DNA of 63,988 nucleotides, filler included, from Reclinomonas americana ATCC 50394 (Eukaryota): NCBI GenBank assembly GCA_048213135.1. It is 11 parts of 11 records of this genome, joined end to end, with 100 filler letters (N's around TTAATTAATTAA, not from the genome) between each part and the next. Parts side by side here need not be neighbours in the genome. Positions count along the whole stretch, not along the records: positions 43,182 to 51,922 come from AFZH01019445.1; positions 52,023 to 55,888 come from AFZH01019446.1; positions 55,989 to 62,720 come from AFZH01019448.1; positions 62,821 to 63,988 come from AFZH01019471.1; 7 more parts are not named here. One strand, 5' to 3'. Shown piece by piece: positions 51,801 to 63,988 of this stretch (position 1 is its first letter; each line of letters starts with the position of its first letter). The notes under the pieces were generated by a model. It saw only the letters and a program-made list of their open reading frames with translations, ran no database searches and was not told where the DNA came from. The position numbers and the translations under genes were made by a program.

Positions 51801-52035
51801 GTGTGTGCATAATGATGTTCGGGGTGTCCGCTTTTATGCGCCCTCCTCTGTTGTCTCTGCTTGTCTCTCTGGTGCGCTGTGTTGTGCCTTCTGATTGACT
51901 CGTATGTTCTCTCTCTCTCTCTNNNNNNNNNNNNNNNNNNNNNNNNNNNNNNNNNNNNNNNNNNNNTTAATTAATTAANNNNNNNNNNNNNNNNNNNNNN
52001 NNNNNNNNNNNNNNNNNNNNNNCAACGACGACAAC

Positions 52036-52036
<1 letters not shown>

Positions 52037-52110
<74 letters not shown>
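52037..52110 (+). repeat. (CA)n microsatellite
   Basis: Uninterrupted CA run at a contig edge. Confidence 0.95.
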
Positions 52111-52113
<3 letters not shown>

Positions 52114-52300
52114 ATCTCTCGTGACACATGTATAATCTCTGCCGTTCCTACTACTCTGCGACATTTAACTCACTGTTTCTCGTCCTTCCTCTCGCCCTCT
52201 CCTCCCCCTTTCCCTTTACCTCCCTTCCCCTCTCCTCCCCCTTTCCCCCTTCCCCTTTCCCTATCACCCCCTTCCCCTTTCTTTCCCTCTTGCGGCTCAC

Positions 52301-55300
52301 CTTTCCAACATCCACAAACCCCATGTAAAACCGACTTCCATCATGCATGTCAATCCGCGGCAACCCCGCCACCGCCTCAAACGGGAACGTCTGCCTCCCG
52401 AGCCCATTCGACTCGCGCCCTTTCCCCACGCAGCAGTACGACCACGTGCCGAACTCGGAGCGACGGAAAATGAGTGGATGCACCGCACGACCGGCCTTGT
52501 CCGAGAAAAATGTCCAGTCGGTGACAATGCCACTCGGCAGCGGCCAGTCGATGCAGTACACACGACTGCTCGCCGTGTCGTACCGACTGCGCTGAATGAC
52601 CTCGTGCCCGAGCGACGCCGTCATCACCTCCGTGTGGTCCTCCAGTGCCGGCAGCGTCGACGGCCGGACCTCGCTCGGCTGCGGCTCGGCGGCGGCCTGT
52701 GCGGCTGCCACTCGGGCCTCCAATTTCAGCAGCTCCTCCCGCTGCTTGCGTATCTGTGTGCCGAGTGATGATTAGAGGGGAGGGTGGAGGAGTTGAGGAC
52801 ACGCTTGGGTGACGCACTCTTTCCTCCTCCTGCAGCAACTGCGTGTGCAAATTGACCAGCTCCTTCTCCTGCACGTTGAGATGCTCCTGTCGCTCGTTCA
52901 ACATCTGTGTCGCCGACGCCAATTGAGCATGCTGCAAGAGCGACGAGAAGACCCCTGCTACAAATCAACACACCCTTCTCTCCGTCATCAATTCAAACTG
53001 CTTGGCGCGGTAGTTGCGTTCGAGAATGTCGCTGATGCGGCGAATGCCGGCGCGGTCCAGCTGCTCCTCAATCTCGGCAAAGCGCGGCTTGAAGTTGAAC
53101 TCGGGGTGACGCGCAGAGAACTCCGGATGCTGCGCCTTGATGAAGCTCGCTCGCTCCGTCCAGTTCTGCAGACGACCGACCAGCACCTCCAGCTTCACCG
53201 TGGAGAGATCCTCGTAGGCCACCAGCGTCGGCACCGCACGCAGAGCCGGGTCGTGGTGGTGCTCGTCGAGGAACGACTCCACCGCGCGGCACAGCTGCCG
53301 CACGGGTTGCTGCGACAGAGAGGGAGAAATATGTGAGCGATGACAACAAGGCAGCGCACGAAATTGGGTCAACTCACCACCGCAATCTTGGCAACACGCT
53401 TCTTTGGTGCTCGCTGGCGGCGCTGGCCACTCGAGCCGGCAGCCGCAGCGGCGGCCACGCCCGAGGCAGAACCACCGGATGCGCTGCGTTTCCTGGACGG
53501 CGGGCGTGCTCGTGGCGATACGGACAGTGCTACACGCACGTATGTGGGGGTGAGCTTCATCGAAAGGCACAGGAGACTGAAAAGCACGAAACTGCCATCC
53601 ACTTGTGTCTCGCGGTCCACCATTTCTGGGTGTGTGGGTGGAACGGCAAGCGAGGGTAGTGATTTGCTCGTGGGAATGGTGCCGCCAACATCAACATTTT
53701 CTACAACGAGAAATAAGTGAGCATTCAGCGCTCGACACACATTATCTCACCACAAGAGCACACACCAAAATTGTCATCCTGCGGATCCTCAATGCACACG
53801 AGTGGCGACTCGGAGGCCGCCGGCGACACGGCAGCATCCTGTACTCTGGTCACCACCGACACCATGCTGGCGCCGGCAATCGTCGGCGACGTAACCACAG
53901 CCGCTGCAGCTGCTGCTGGTGAGCCCGGCGACTGCACTGTCGTCGTCGTCGTGGTGGTAGACGATGAACCAGAAGCAGCAAAGGGCGACGTCACGGTGAT
54001 CTTCTTCGGTGGTGTCGAAGGCATTTGAGGCGTGGGAACCACACGCGCCTCGGGCGAACGCACGCCTGACGGAGAACTTGTGGGGGTGAACGCCGACACC
54101 GTGGTGGGGATGGTCAGTGGCGGCGGTGGAGGCGATGTCGACTTGCGCACTGCGGATTCCGGTGGAGGCTCCTGTGCCACTGCAGCTACTACCGGTTGCG
54201 ACGGCGGCGTCACGGCCAGTGTTGGTGTCATTACTGTCGACACGTTGGCTGGCGATGCAAACGACGGACTGTGGCGCGGGCACACGTGAGAATGCTGCAT
54301 GTCTTTCACCCTTCCTCATCGCCTCTCCATACAAGCAGACGCAACGACATGGAGGCAAGAGTCGAGTTGGTGGGTGAGATGACACTCGAGAACGACAGCG
54401 GCGACATGATGGGCGGTGAGGCGGCATCCGGTCCGCCGACAGCGGCCATGGAAGCGGCGACTTCCTCCAAGCGCGTCTGCATGACTGACTTGGGTTGCGA
54501 GGCCACGACAGCCGCCGCAATGTGCGCCGTCTTGTTGCCACGACTCGAGCTGCGTCGCCTTCTGCGAGGTGAAACGGCAGCAGCGGCGGCAGCAACCGCC
54601 TCCGGCAGCGTCAGCTCGGGGGAGTCGGCGCCTCCGGTCAAGTCAATCGTGCGCTTACTCCGCGAGCGCTTCCTCGGCGACGCGGTCGGCGACTTGTGTG
54701 TCGCATCCAGAGCAATGAAAGCATCCGAGGTCGGCAGTGCCAGAGTTAGATCAACCGGTCTGCAAAGAGAGAGAAAGAAAGAGAGAGAGAGAGAGGAGGG
54801 GAGAGATTCAATCGCTGAATCACAGGGCAACATTAAGAGAGTAAAACTCACTAACCCTTGAGTGAATTGGAAGGGGACATCGCGCAGCGAGTGCAGCAGC
54901 TCCACCAGTGCCGGCACCGAGTCGGCATCCCGCATGAATGCGTGGTCTTCATAGTATTTGCTGTGCGCCGAGTATCAGCAACCTTCCCCACACTCAGCAG
55001 AAGGAATCGATGGTGAACCTCAGCGTCTTCGTATTGCCATGATTTGTAAGATGCTCGAGGTACGAGTCGAGCTGGTGCATGTTGAGACCGACGGCAATCA
55101 CCACTCGAATCAGCTGTGGGGATACAAGAATGAGCTGCCCAGTCTCCCGAAGACACACATCATGGTGGCCACTGAACCTGCTCGTCCTTGGCATTCTTCT
55201 CCAGGCTGGCCAGCGCGCTCTTCAACACATCCGACGTCTTGGTGAGCGGCTGCAGTAGCTTGAGCAGCGAGGCTGTGCATCGCGTCACTCAGTTTCTGCC

Positions 55301-55601
55301 GCAATCCGGAAGAAGAGGTCACACAGACGCAACTGTTCTGCTTGACCTTGTGGCGAAACACATCCTGCAGCGCCTTGTGCAGCGCCCAACACTCCGGCAT
55401 CTTCTCATCCATATTCCTCCCCGCACTCTCCGACACGCTCGACGGCATCGACGCCGTCGACACACTGTCCATGCTCTGACTCGCCGGCAGCGTCGACGAG
55501 CTGCCATCCGGCGGCAACGGCGACGCCGATCGCGAGGAGCTCATGAATCGCTCCGGCATGTAGGCGCGACGAAGCACCGGTTGCACGGTGAGCCGGAAGG
55601 C
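52301..55601 (-). CDS. RUN-domain protein with low-complexity linker and coiled coil (partial at both ends)
   Basis: CWALHKALQDVFRHK...LIRVVIAVGLNMHQLDSYLEHL...YEDHAFMRD...LVELLHSLRDVPFQF fits the RUN pattern; coiled coil QEHLNVQEKELVNLHTQLLQEEE follows. Confidence 0.65.
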
Positions 55602-55748
55602 CTTAGAGAGGGAAAGTGAGAGGGTGAGCAGTGAGAAGAAGGATAGAAGGAGAGAGAGAGGGAGGAGTGAAGGGAACGGAGAAAAGATAGCGAAGAAGGG
55701 GTGGAAAGGTGACATGAGGAGGACGAGGTGAAAAGAAGAAGAGACAAC

Positions 55749-55782
<34 letters not shown>

Positions 55783-56251
55783 AGCACAGAGGAGGAGGTG
55801 AGGTACAAGAACAAAAGAGGACGAGGAGCACGTGGGAGAGACAAGAGAACGATAGGCAGCAAGTGAGAGGAGAGTGAATGGAGAGAGGNNNNNNNNNNNN
55901 NNNNNNNNNNNNNNNNNNNNNNNNNNNNNNNNTTAATTAATTAANNNNNNNNNNNNNNNNNNNNNNNNNNNNNNNNNNNNNNNNNNNNTTTTCTCCCTTC
56001 TTTCTTTCGTCTTCTCGCCTCGTGCCTCTTCCCTTTTCTCTGTCTTTTCCTTTTACTCTCCCTCACTCCCGGGTATTTCTCCTACCTGCTTGTCTGTCTC
56101 CCTTATACTTCTCCTCTTCACCCGCAGTCGTGCACCAAATTCTCTCTCTCCCTCTCCCTTCCCCTCTTCTCCCTCTCCCTTCCCCTCTTCTCTCTCCCTC
56201 TACTCTCTCCCTTCCCTCTTCTCTCATCTCACCACATTGTCCCTTGTGCAG

Positions 56252-57114
56252 GCAACCCAATCCTCTTTGGTGCCATGGCCGAGCGCGACCACGAAATGAT
56301 CAAGCTGCTGCTGGAGCTCGGCGCTGCCCCTGCTGAGATTGCCACCATGGATGGTTTGTCTTTTTTTCCTGTGGGATCGAGATACCAGTGACTGAACGTC
56401 TTTCTGCAGGCTTCACTGCGTTGCACGGTGCGGTGACGACTGGCGATCCCAAGTTTGTGCGCATCATTGCCGAGGCCATGATCAAGTCCGAGTTTGACAT
56501 CAAGGACAAGGAGGGTGAGTGGCCTTGCTGCTCTCGTTGTCATTGTAACCCCACCAAGTGATCTAACAAGCGTGTCACGGCAGGTCGCACCGCTCGCGAG
56601 GTCGCTGCTGACTGTTGCGTCTGCTCTCCAGCCTCACGCTGCGTCGATGTTGTTGTCCCTCACTAACTTCGCACGCACAGTGGCCGGCAAGTCCACCTTC
56701 AAGACACACGGCAAGGACACTGCGGATGGTGAGCCGACCACGGAGACCATCATGCCGAACGACGACGACGAGGAGGTGGCTCGCCGCGGCAAGGAGATTC
56801 TGGAGATCATCGATGCGGCCATCGAGAAGGCTCCGGAGGCTCGCGAGGCCAAGGCCGCTGGCGCCAGCGCTGCTGCTGCCGCCGAGACAGAGGCCAGCAG
56901 CGACAAGAAGTCGACCACGATCATCGAGAGTGGCAACATTGTCGTGCAGGGCGACGATGTGGAAGAAGAGAGTGCCACCACCAAGCCCGCCACACCTGTG
57001 ATTGTTGCCCAGAGTGATGTTGAGGACGAGGAGGCGGACGATGATGAAGATGATGATGGCGACGACGACGACGACGACGATGAAGACGGTAATGGTCGTG
57101 CAGAGGAGCTGTGA
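56252..57114 (+). CDS. Ankyrin-repeat protein with acidic tail (5' partial)
   Basis: MIKLLLELGA...D|GFTALHGAV...DIKDKE|GRTAREVA; Asp-rich C-terminus. Confidence 0.75.
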
Positions 57115-57239
57115 GGTGCGCAGCAGAGAGAGAGTATTGTAAACACTTTGGAAACACAATTGATTAGAAATCGCCACACACATACACAAGTCTGTTTCAC
57201 TGCCTTCGTATCTCTGCGCACGCTAAGGAGAGGGTGGGA

Positions 57240-60200
57240 TCAGATAAAGAAGACGTCGCCGAGAATGCCCCGATCGACTGCCGTCTTGAACTCTTCGAAA
57301 CTAATGTTGCCGTCGCCGTTGGCGTCCACCAGCTGTGGAGAACGAGATTGTCACAAAACGAGAACAAAAAGAAGAGAGACGCCACGCGCAGCAGCACACG
57401 AACCTCGAAGAAGCGGTCCACGTTGGCAGAGAGCATCTCCGGATCCACGTCGCCTGGCGCATTGGCCTGGTAGTTGGCCTTCAGCAACCGCTTGACCTCT
57501 TTCCTGTCAATGTAACCCGACCGATCGGCATCGTAGGCACGGAACGCCACTGCATACAAGGAAGAATGTGAGCAGCACAGCGCACACACACTGAGTGATT
57601 GCACGAACATTTCAGCTTCTCCTCCCGCGAGCCAGTCAAGTGCGCACTCATGCCCGAGATGAACTCCTGCAGGTCGATCGTCCTGTCGCCGTCGTCGTCG
57701 AACGAGATGAACAGTCGCTGGATTTCACCGGGGTGCTGCAACGCAACAACGAGAACCGAGTGAGTGGAGAGAACAGGAGAAGGTCCAGCATACGGACGGC
57801 ATTTTCGCAACATGGACGCCCAGCTGTCGCATGATGACCTCAAACTGCTCGTACGAGATCGAGCCGCCCTGGTAGGCGAACTGCTCGTACACGCGATTCA
57901 AGTCGTTGATGGTGGCTAATGGGATGCAGCACGTCAGCAGACGGCATGAGTGGGGAATGGGCTTTGCACAAACCTCCACGCAGAACATCTCGCAAGCCAC
58001 GAATCGCCGAATCACGTGGGATGCGAGCAGCATCGCTCAAACCACCTGTGCGATGTGAGAAGCAGCCAACCATGCAAAGTGCAGGAGACGGCCACTCACC
58101 AGGCAACACGGCAGCCGCAGCGGCGGCGGCATCCGAGCGGCCCTCGATGAGCGCCAACTCAGCCTCCGAGAGCTGAATCATGCCGCGAGTGCGATCCTGC
58201 GTGACGTACAACCGCAGTGGCGTTTGCACGTTTTGCCGGTACTGCCATGCACCAAGTGAGCACTCAGAAGCAATCATGTTCTGCACCAGCACAGCGCACC
58301 ATGAAATACTTGTGAATCATGTCCTCCACGTCCTTGTCGTTGGTGAGCACACACATGTCGTTCTCCTCGTCCACGTACTGTGCCTTGGTGGCGCCACCGT
58401 ATCTGCAACATTCAGGTGAGCAAAGGCGACTGCGGTGGAACCCAATAGTTGAAGGAAACACGCAACCGCATGTCGAGCACGCCGAGCAGGCCGCGATGAC
58501 TGATACCCACCGGGAACGTGAGTGTTTGAACTGGTTCAACCTGTCACAAAGAGGCACGTCAGCATTCATGTGTATGGCAACACAGTTCAGATCTTTGCGT
58601 CAATCAACAGCTCACCCGCGTATACTGGTTTTGACCTGTGTGTGTCAGAGAAGTGAGCATGTGAAAGGCAACATCGACATCAGCAGGAAGAAGCGCCACT
58701 AACCAAATGGCCTCCTGCGCGAGTGGAACTCTTCCTCCTTCAGCACCTCCACCTTGCAGTGAATCATTCGGTTGTCGGTGGGATCCGAAATCAGTCCACT
58801 GCTGCCGTCGCGCGAGGCGGGGAAGAAGTCGACAAGGATGTGGGAAATGGAAGTCAACAGCTGCAAAAAAAAAGGAGGCAGTTCAGCACGCTTGCTGCAT
58901 CCCCTTCCACTGTCAGAATGCCGTTCACTCACCGGCGGAATGCTATCATCCTCGCTGGCTTGCGTCGCCCGCAGTTGGTGGAGTCGGCGGAGGAGATTTT
59001 GCAGGCGATGCTTGAATTCGTTGCTGCATTCATGAGCGCACCGTCAGTCACTTCCTCCTCCCATTCCAACATGCATGCACAACTGACTCACAAATACAGT
59101 TGGAAGGCACCGTCGCTGGGCGAGTGCTTGATGTTCAACCACAGCACCAGCAGTTTCTCCACGTGATGAGCGTGGAAGAAACGCGACGGCTCAAACACTG
59201 CGTGCAAGGGTGCACTGGCGGCCGCCGACGCGACCGACGAGCGCAGAACTCCCACCTCTGAGTGCATGCTGGCGGCCGACAGAGCATGCAGTGGCACTGG
59301 CGTGATGGATGAGTACAACGAGAGAGGATGCAAGCAACGACGAGACGAGGCAGACGCACCACACGTGTCGAGGCTGAGCAGCATCTCCAACGACATGAGA
59401 ATGTTGCGAATGAGCACCAGGTTGTACACGTACTCCTGCGCACGGTTCGTGTCGCGCCACCGCTCCGTCAGTGCAATCAACGTGTTGACCATGTTCTCGT
59501 CGGCGAAGGATGCCTGGTGTGGTTGATTGTTTCAGCCAGGTGGCACCCACAGAAAGCACCCAACACGCGACGTAACGACTTCCTCGGTGGTGGCTTGCAT
59601 GCATGCACGCAGCACACGAGAGAGATTGGCTGCGAGAGCTCTCCTGCTTGGATCCGGCAACAGCAACACCAGCGACTGTGGAACGAACTGCTGGATCATA
59701 CACTGTGTGTGCGTTGCAAAGCAAGTGAGTGAGAAGAGCCACCAAATGCACACACAGTCGCGGGCACTGACCCTGACAAACTCGTGGCTCTCCGACAACA
59801 ACACCAACGTTTGCGAGCTCTCCACTTGCAGCGCCATCTCCTTGCGCCCCAGCAACGAGCCGAGGTTGGTGATGAACGTGACCATGACCTCGGGTGTTGG
59901 CTGCAGTGGTGCGGTTGGCACACACACACGCAAGCACATGCAATGGAGACAGCACACAACGTACCAGGAACTGTCCACTCTTGATCACCAGTTGCAGTGC
60001 CTTGAGCGCCTCAATGGCCACGGCGAGATCTTGGTGTCTGTGCGGCAACCGGCGCTCAGCACAGATCACACCGACATCAGAGAAACAGAACTCACGTGAG
60101 GAATCCAATGACTTTCAGCACCACATCCATGCTCGGCTCCACCGGCAGCAGGCAGCCGAGACCAGTCAGCACGTTCTGATGCACCACCGGGTCGGCGACC

Positions 60201-61852
60201 GCATCCAAGAAGTAAATCAATGCCTCAAACACCTGTCGACAAACAGAGTGATGAGTGCCTGCGACTTCCCAGACACACGCGACAATCATGCACGCAACTG
60301 CACGTCCATTCGGCAGCGCCGAGGGGTCCACGGAAAAGATCGATACCGTCCAAAACACACGACGCAACAACGACAGCTGCTGCAACATCATGTCATGATC
60401 CGCAATCATGTCCTCCAGCAACGAGATGATGATGACAGCCGCCTGCCTCTCCAGCGCCGCCAGCCGGAACTCGGCGTGATGCCGTGAGAGTGCGCCCACG
60501 GCCAGCACGGCCTGACGCATCAAAGAAGGATGATTACTTGCTGCGCCAGCACAATGCGAGATCATTCTTCGACACACTCACCCACGCGCGAACTTCGTAC
60601 GTCTTGGACAGAATGAGACCAATCAGCTTGGTCAGTCGGTCCTCCTGTGTATCTGGTGTGTTGACAAACGCGTACTTGAAGAAGCACTTGGTCGGGTGCA
60701 TGTCGTCGTCGAGCGCCACGGTGCTGACTCGCGGTCCAGGCAACAGATAGAACAGCAGCTCGCATCCGAGAGCCTGCAAGTCGGGCACACCGTCCTGCCA
60801 CAGAGTCTTCGCCACAATGGCATCCACAATGTTGGAGACCTTCATGAGATTGTAGATGCGCAAAAACAACTCCGAGACGGGCGGTGTCGCGCGCTCGAAC
60901 GGACGCACAAAGACGCCATTGATCTCGGCCAGCATGTCGCGCGTGAAGCGCAGCATCTGTGACGGGGGCGGGAATCAGAGGTGCACAATCGTGGCAGGAA
61001 CGGAGAGCGAGAGGAGGATGCACACCTGACGCACTGCATCATCACTGTCCCAATCTGTGGCCGAAAACATGCCGGGAAACGCATCAACCATCAGCGACAG
61101 CTGTCGCACGCTCTCCCACTATGTGTGCCACGCACATTAGCAACAACACACACACAATACCGACAATCGCAGTTATCGCAAACACACCTTGTACTCATCC
61201 GTGTACTGATCGTCGACCAGCTTACCCGGCGACGACTTCTCCTGCCACTCCATCATCCGATCGCCCTCCTCGCTCGGCATACGAACCGGCTATCTCACAC
61301 ACACACACACACAGAGGATGAGCACCGCAACAGCCACGCATAGTGAGAAACACACGCGCAACAATCGGCGTGGTCGGGTCCAGTTGCTGCAAATGCACAT
61401 ACTCGCGCTCCACCTGCGCATTGCGTGCACCCATGCGCGGGCTCGGCGCCACCGAATGCGGATTCGCCTGCACACCATTCGTCACTTACACAGACACGCA
61501 GAGACACACACGCGCTTGACTGACTGACCAGCTTCTCAGCCTCGACAGCCGCCGCGGCCGCCGCCTCCGAGCCCGCAGACGATGCCGATGACGCAGAGCC
61601 GGCGACTGCCTCCACAGATGACGCACCTTGCAATGCATCTGCATCGGCCGTCGACTCATCAATGTCGGTCATTGGAGACGACATTGACCCCGCTGACGAG
61701 CCAGTCAGAATCGGCGGAGGCGCCGCCTGTGTGTCACAGTGTCACAGTCTTTCTCTCTTTCGCTCTTGTGTTTGCATGTGCAACGCAACTCGTTTGACAG
61801 AGGGCGCGCCCATGATGGCCTCTTCCTCGACGGTGCGCTTTCTTGACGACAT
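57240..61852 (-). CDS. Large protein: helical (ARM/HEAT-like) region + PB1 domain + C-terminal EF-hands; many exons
   Basis: PB1-like VKTSIRG...KAQYVDEENDMCVLTNDKDVEDMI...LRLYV; EF-hands FDDDGDRTIDLQEF, AFRAYDADRSGYIDRKE and DANGDGNISFEEF. The PB1-to-EF exons join in frame. Confidence 0.7.
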
Positions 61853-62162
61853 TGTGTTTTTTTGTTTTATTTGATTGCAAGTAGGCGCGAGCGCGTCTGT
61901 CCTCTGTCCACTACCCAAACCCCATCGTTGCGTTGCGCGCACACCTCGCGCTCTCTCTGTTCGTCGTGTCTGTGTCGTGTGTGTGTGCTCTTCTCTTGTC
62001 TGTCGTGCCATCTACTTTGTCTCTGTTTGTGCGTTGTGCGTGTGTGTGTGTGCGTGTTGTGGCAGATGCACATGCGAATGTGCGCCGACCATGGCCCCCC
62101 CCCTCTCCACAGCACACTCACTTGCTGTCTCTTACACGCGCAGTGGTATTCCTTGTTGAGCC

Positions 62163-62639
62163 ATGCCGCCAAAGTTCGACCCGACTGCGACCGCCTACGG
62201 TCAGTCTCTCTCTGCTGATCATCATGACACTTTCTCAGTCACACATGCGCTCACTGTCTCGTGCACACATACAGTGTTCATCCGCTGCACTGGTGGTGAG
62301 GCTCCGTCTGGCGCCGCCCTCGCCCCCCGCCTTGGTCCGCTCGGCGTGGTGAGTCACGACTTTTGTCATGCGCTCAAAAAATCTGCACTCTTCTCACTCA
62401 CTGCACGCGCGCGTGTATGAGTACAGCCGGCCAAGAAGGTCGGTGAAGATATTGCCAAGGGCACGAAGCAGTTCACTGGTCTGCGTGTGACTGTCAAGAT
62501 CACGGTCGCCAACCGTGTGGCCACGATCGACATTGTGCCGTCGGCCTCGTCGCTCATCATTGCCGCCCTCAAGGAGCCGCCACGTGACCGCAAGAAGGTC
62601 AAGAACATCAAGCACAATGGCAACCTCACCCTCCAGCAG
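62163..62639 (+). CDS. RPL12: 60S ribosomal protein uL11 (L12), 3' partial
   Basis: MPPKFDP...RCTGGE...[21 protein letters not shown]...[31 protein letters not shown]. Confidence 0.97.
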
Positions 62640-62820
62640 GTGCGTGCACACGAAAAAACAACACCGTCGAAAGTGGGAAAGGGGATTATTTCTAGGCCGT
62701 CTCTTTCTCTTCTCTTCTCTNNNNNNNNNNNNNNNNNNNNNNNNNNNNNNNNNNNNNNNNNNNNTTAATTAATTAANNNNNNNNNNNNNNNNNNNNNNNN
62801 NNNNNNNNNNNNNNNNNNNN

Positions 62821-63475
62821 CGTCGCCGTTACTCCCGATAACCAGCACGTCGTCAGCGGAAGTGCAGATACGACGGTGCGAGTTTGGTCGCTGGCGAGTG
62901 GAGAGGAGGTGCGACGAATGGAGGGCCACACTAAAAAGGTGCTGTGTGTTGCCGTCACTCTCGACGGTCGGCACGTTGTGAGTGGGAGCCGTGACAAAAC
63001 AATCCGACTGTGGTCGCTGACGAGTGGAGAAGAAGTGCGACGGCTGAAGGGACACACTGAAGAAGTGCTATCCGTCGCCGTCACCCCCGACGGGCATCAC
63101 GTTGTGAGCGGCAGCTGGGATAAGACGGTGCGGCTGTGGTCACTGGCGAGTGGCGAGGAACTGCGAAAGCTGGACACACAGACCGGGTGGGTGGCATCGA
63201 TCGCCGTCACTCCCGACGGCCAGCACATTGTGATTGGGTGCCATGGATTCAGGTGCACCATCCGAGTGTGGTCGACGCCGTGTGGTCTCGCCCGTCTCGA
63301 ATGGCACACTGCTCGCTCTGCGCTTCACGCCGTGCAGGAGATTCAGCGCGCACTGATGGCTGACGATGAGGTGGATTCGCGTTGCCTGCCTGAGATGGTA
63401 CTGCGGTGCTTTATCGTGGAGGACGCGGCGGTTGTGGTGCATCGGTGTGTCACTAATCCCCTGATGCATCTGTGA
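62821..63475 (+). CDS. WD40 protein with highly similar repeats and RCF-motif tail (5' partial)
   Basis: VRVWSLASGEEVRRMEGHT-type repeats; tail VWSTPCGLARLEW...LPEMVLRCFIVEDA. Confidence 0.88.
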
Positions 63476-63988
63476 CGAGGCGCCGAGAGATGGACGAGCC
63501 GAGGAAGCCAGCGCCGATAATCTCCCCGACGCCGGAATTCGAGGTGGATGCCGAGTGTGATAGGGTATTTGAGGAGAGACAGGAGAAAGAGTATGAGGCG
63601 TGTCGTTGAGGAAGTCAGCGAAGATGAATAGACCAACGCTCTGTGTATTATGATTTCGCTGAGCAAGCCAAGTCTAGCCATACTGCTGTCGCGACGTCAG
63701 TCCCATGAAGGGCGTGAGTATTAGCTTTCTGTGGATATTCTTCGCGCAAGGTACGTATTCGCAGGATGTTGTTCTTCAATTTATTTGCACCCGCGTGCAC
63801 TTACACCTTGTTTCCACGCAGCTCGGCGCCCAACTGTTGTCACATTCGGCGGGTTCGCCGACGTTGATGTGATGCACGCTTCTACGAAGGCATGTCAGCG
63901 ACATGGAGTCGGGCTCTGCATCACATGCAACGCCGCAGGCGAGGAACCCGTGTGTGACGGTCGTCGCCATGACCTGCGGGACACCAAG

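Noticed and set aside
2659..62820. Identical N-run/TTAATTAATTAA/N-run palindromic cassettes (2659, 4553, 20911, 31064, 38935, 41556, 43082, 51923, 55889, 62721)
   Set aside because: Artificial 100-nt six-frame-stop gap linkers. True gap sizes are unknown, and several must hide whole exons.
63480..63988. Possible transposon or gene relic at the window end
   Set aside because: Short stop-interrupted frames with no recognisable motif or terminal repeat.

Overview
Gene-dense, GC-rich, intron-rich eukaryotic (protist-like) genomic DNA; the organism cannot be named from the sequence. The window is a scaffold broken by ten artificial 100-nt N/TTAATTAATTAA linkers. I reconstructed about 24 spliced genes by hand. 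Housekeeping and core genes: DDX47/RRP3, PSMD10/gankyrin, RPL23A, UPF1, meiotic MSH4, DNAJC21/JJJ1 and RPL12. Signalling genes: a membrane histidine kinase, a RUN-domain protein, an ankyrin protein and a helical-PB1-EF-hand protein. Bacterial-type genes carrying spliceosomal introns: fold-type-II D-serine dehydratase DsdA, a fused YeeE/YedE sulfur transporter and a DUF296/PPC protein. Main leads: (1) a recurrent atypical 5' splice-site class GTTGCG(T), seen at 14 introns; (2) an expanded WD40 family (3 genes plus 1 pseudogene) sharing a C-terminal motif I do not recognise, L[PV]xxV[LM]RCF[VIM]xE[DE]A; (3) a candidate defence/cell-death island at 32.9-40.8 kb containing a secreted glycine-zipper/MORN protein, a paracaspase-like protease head-to-head with a WD40 relic, an orphan membrane gene and a high-internal-identity WD40; (4) an intron-containing bacterial-type dsdA; (5) a dispersed upstream repeat, 155-170-bp tandem arrays and a candidate structured ncRNA. 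All exon boundaries are manual and all homology calls come from remembered family motifs, not from database searches.
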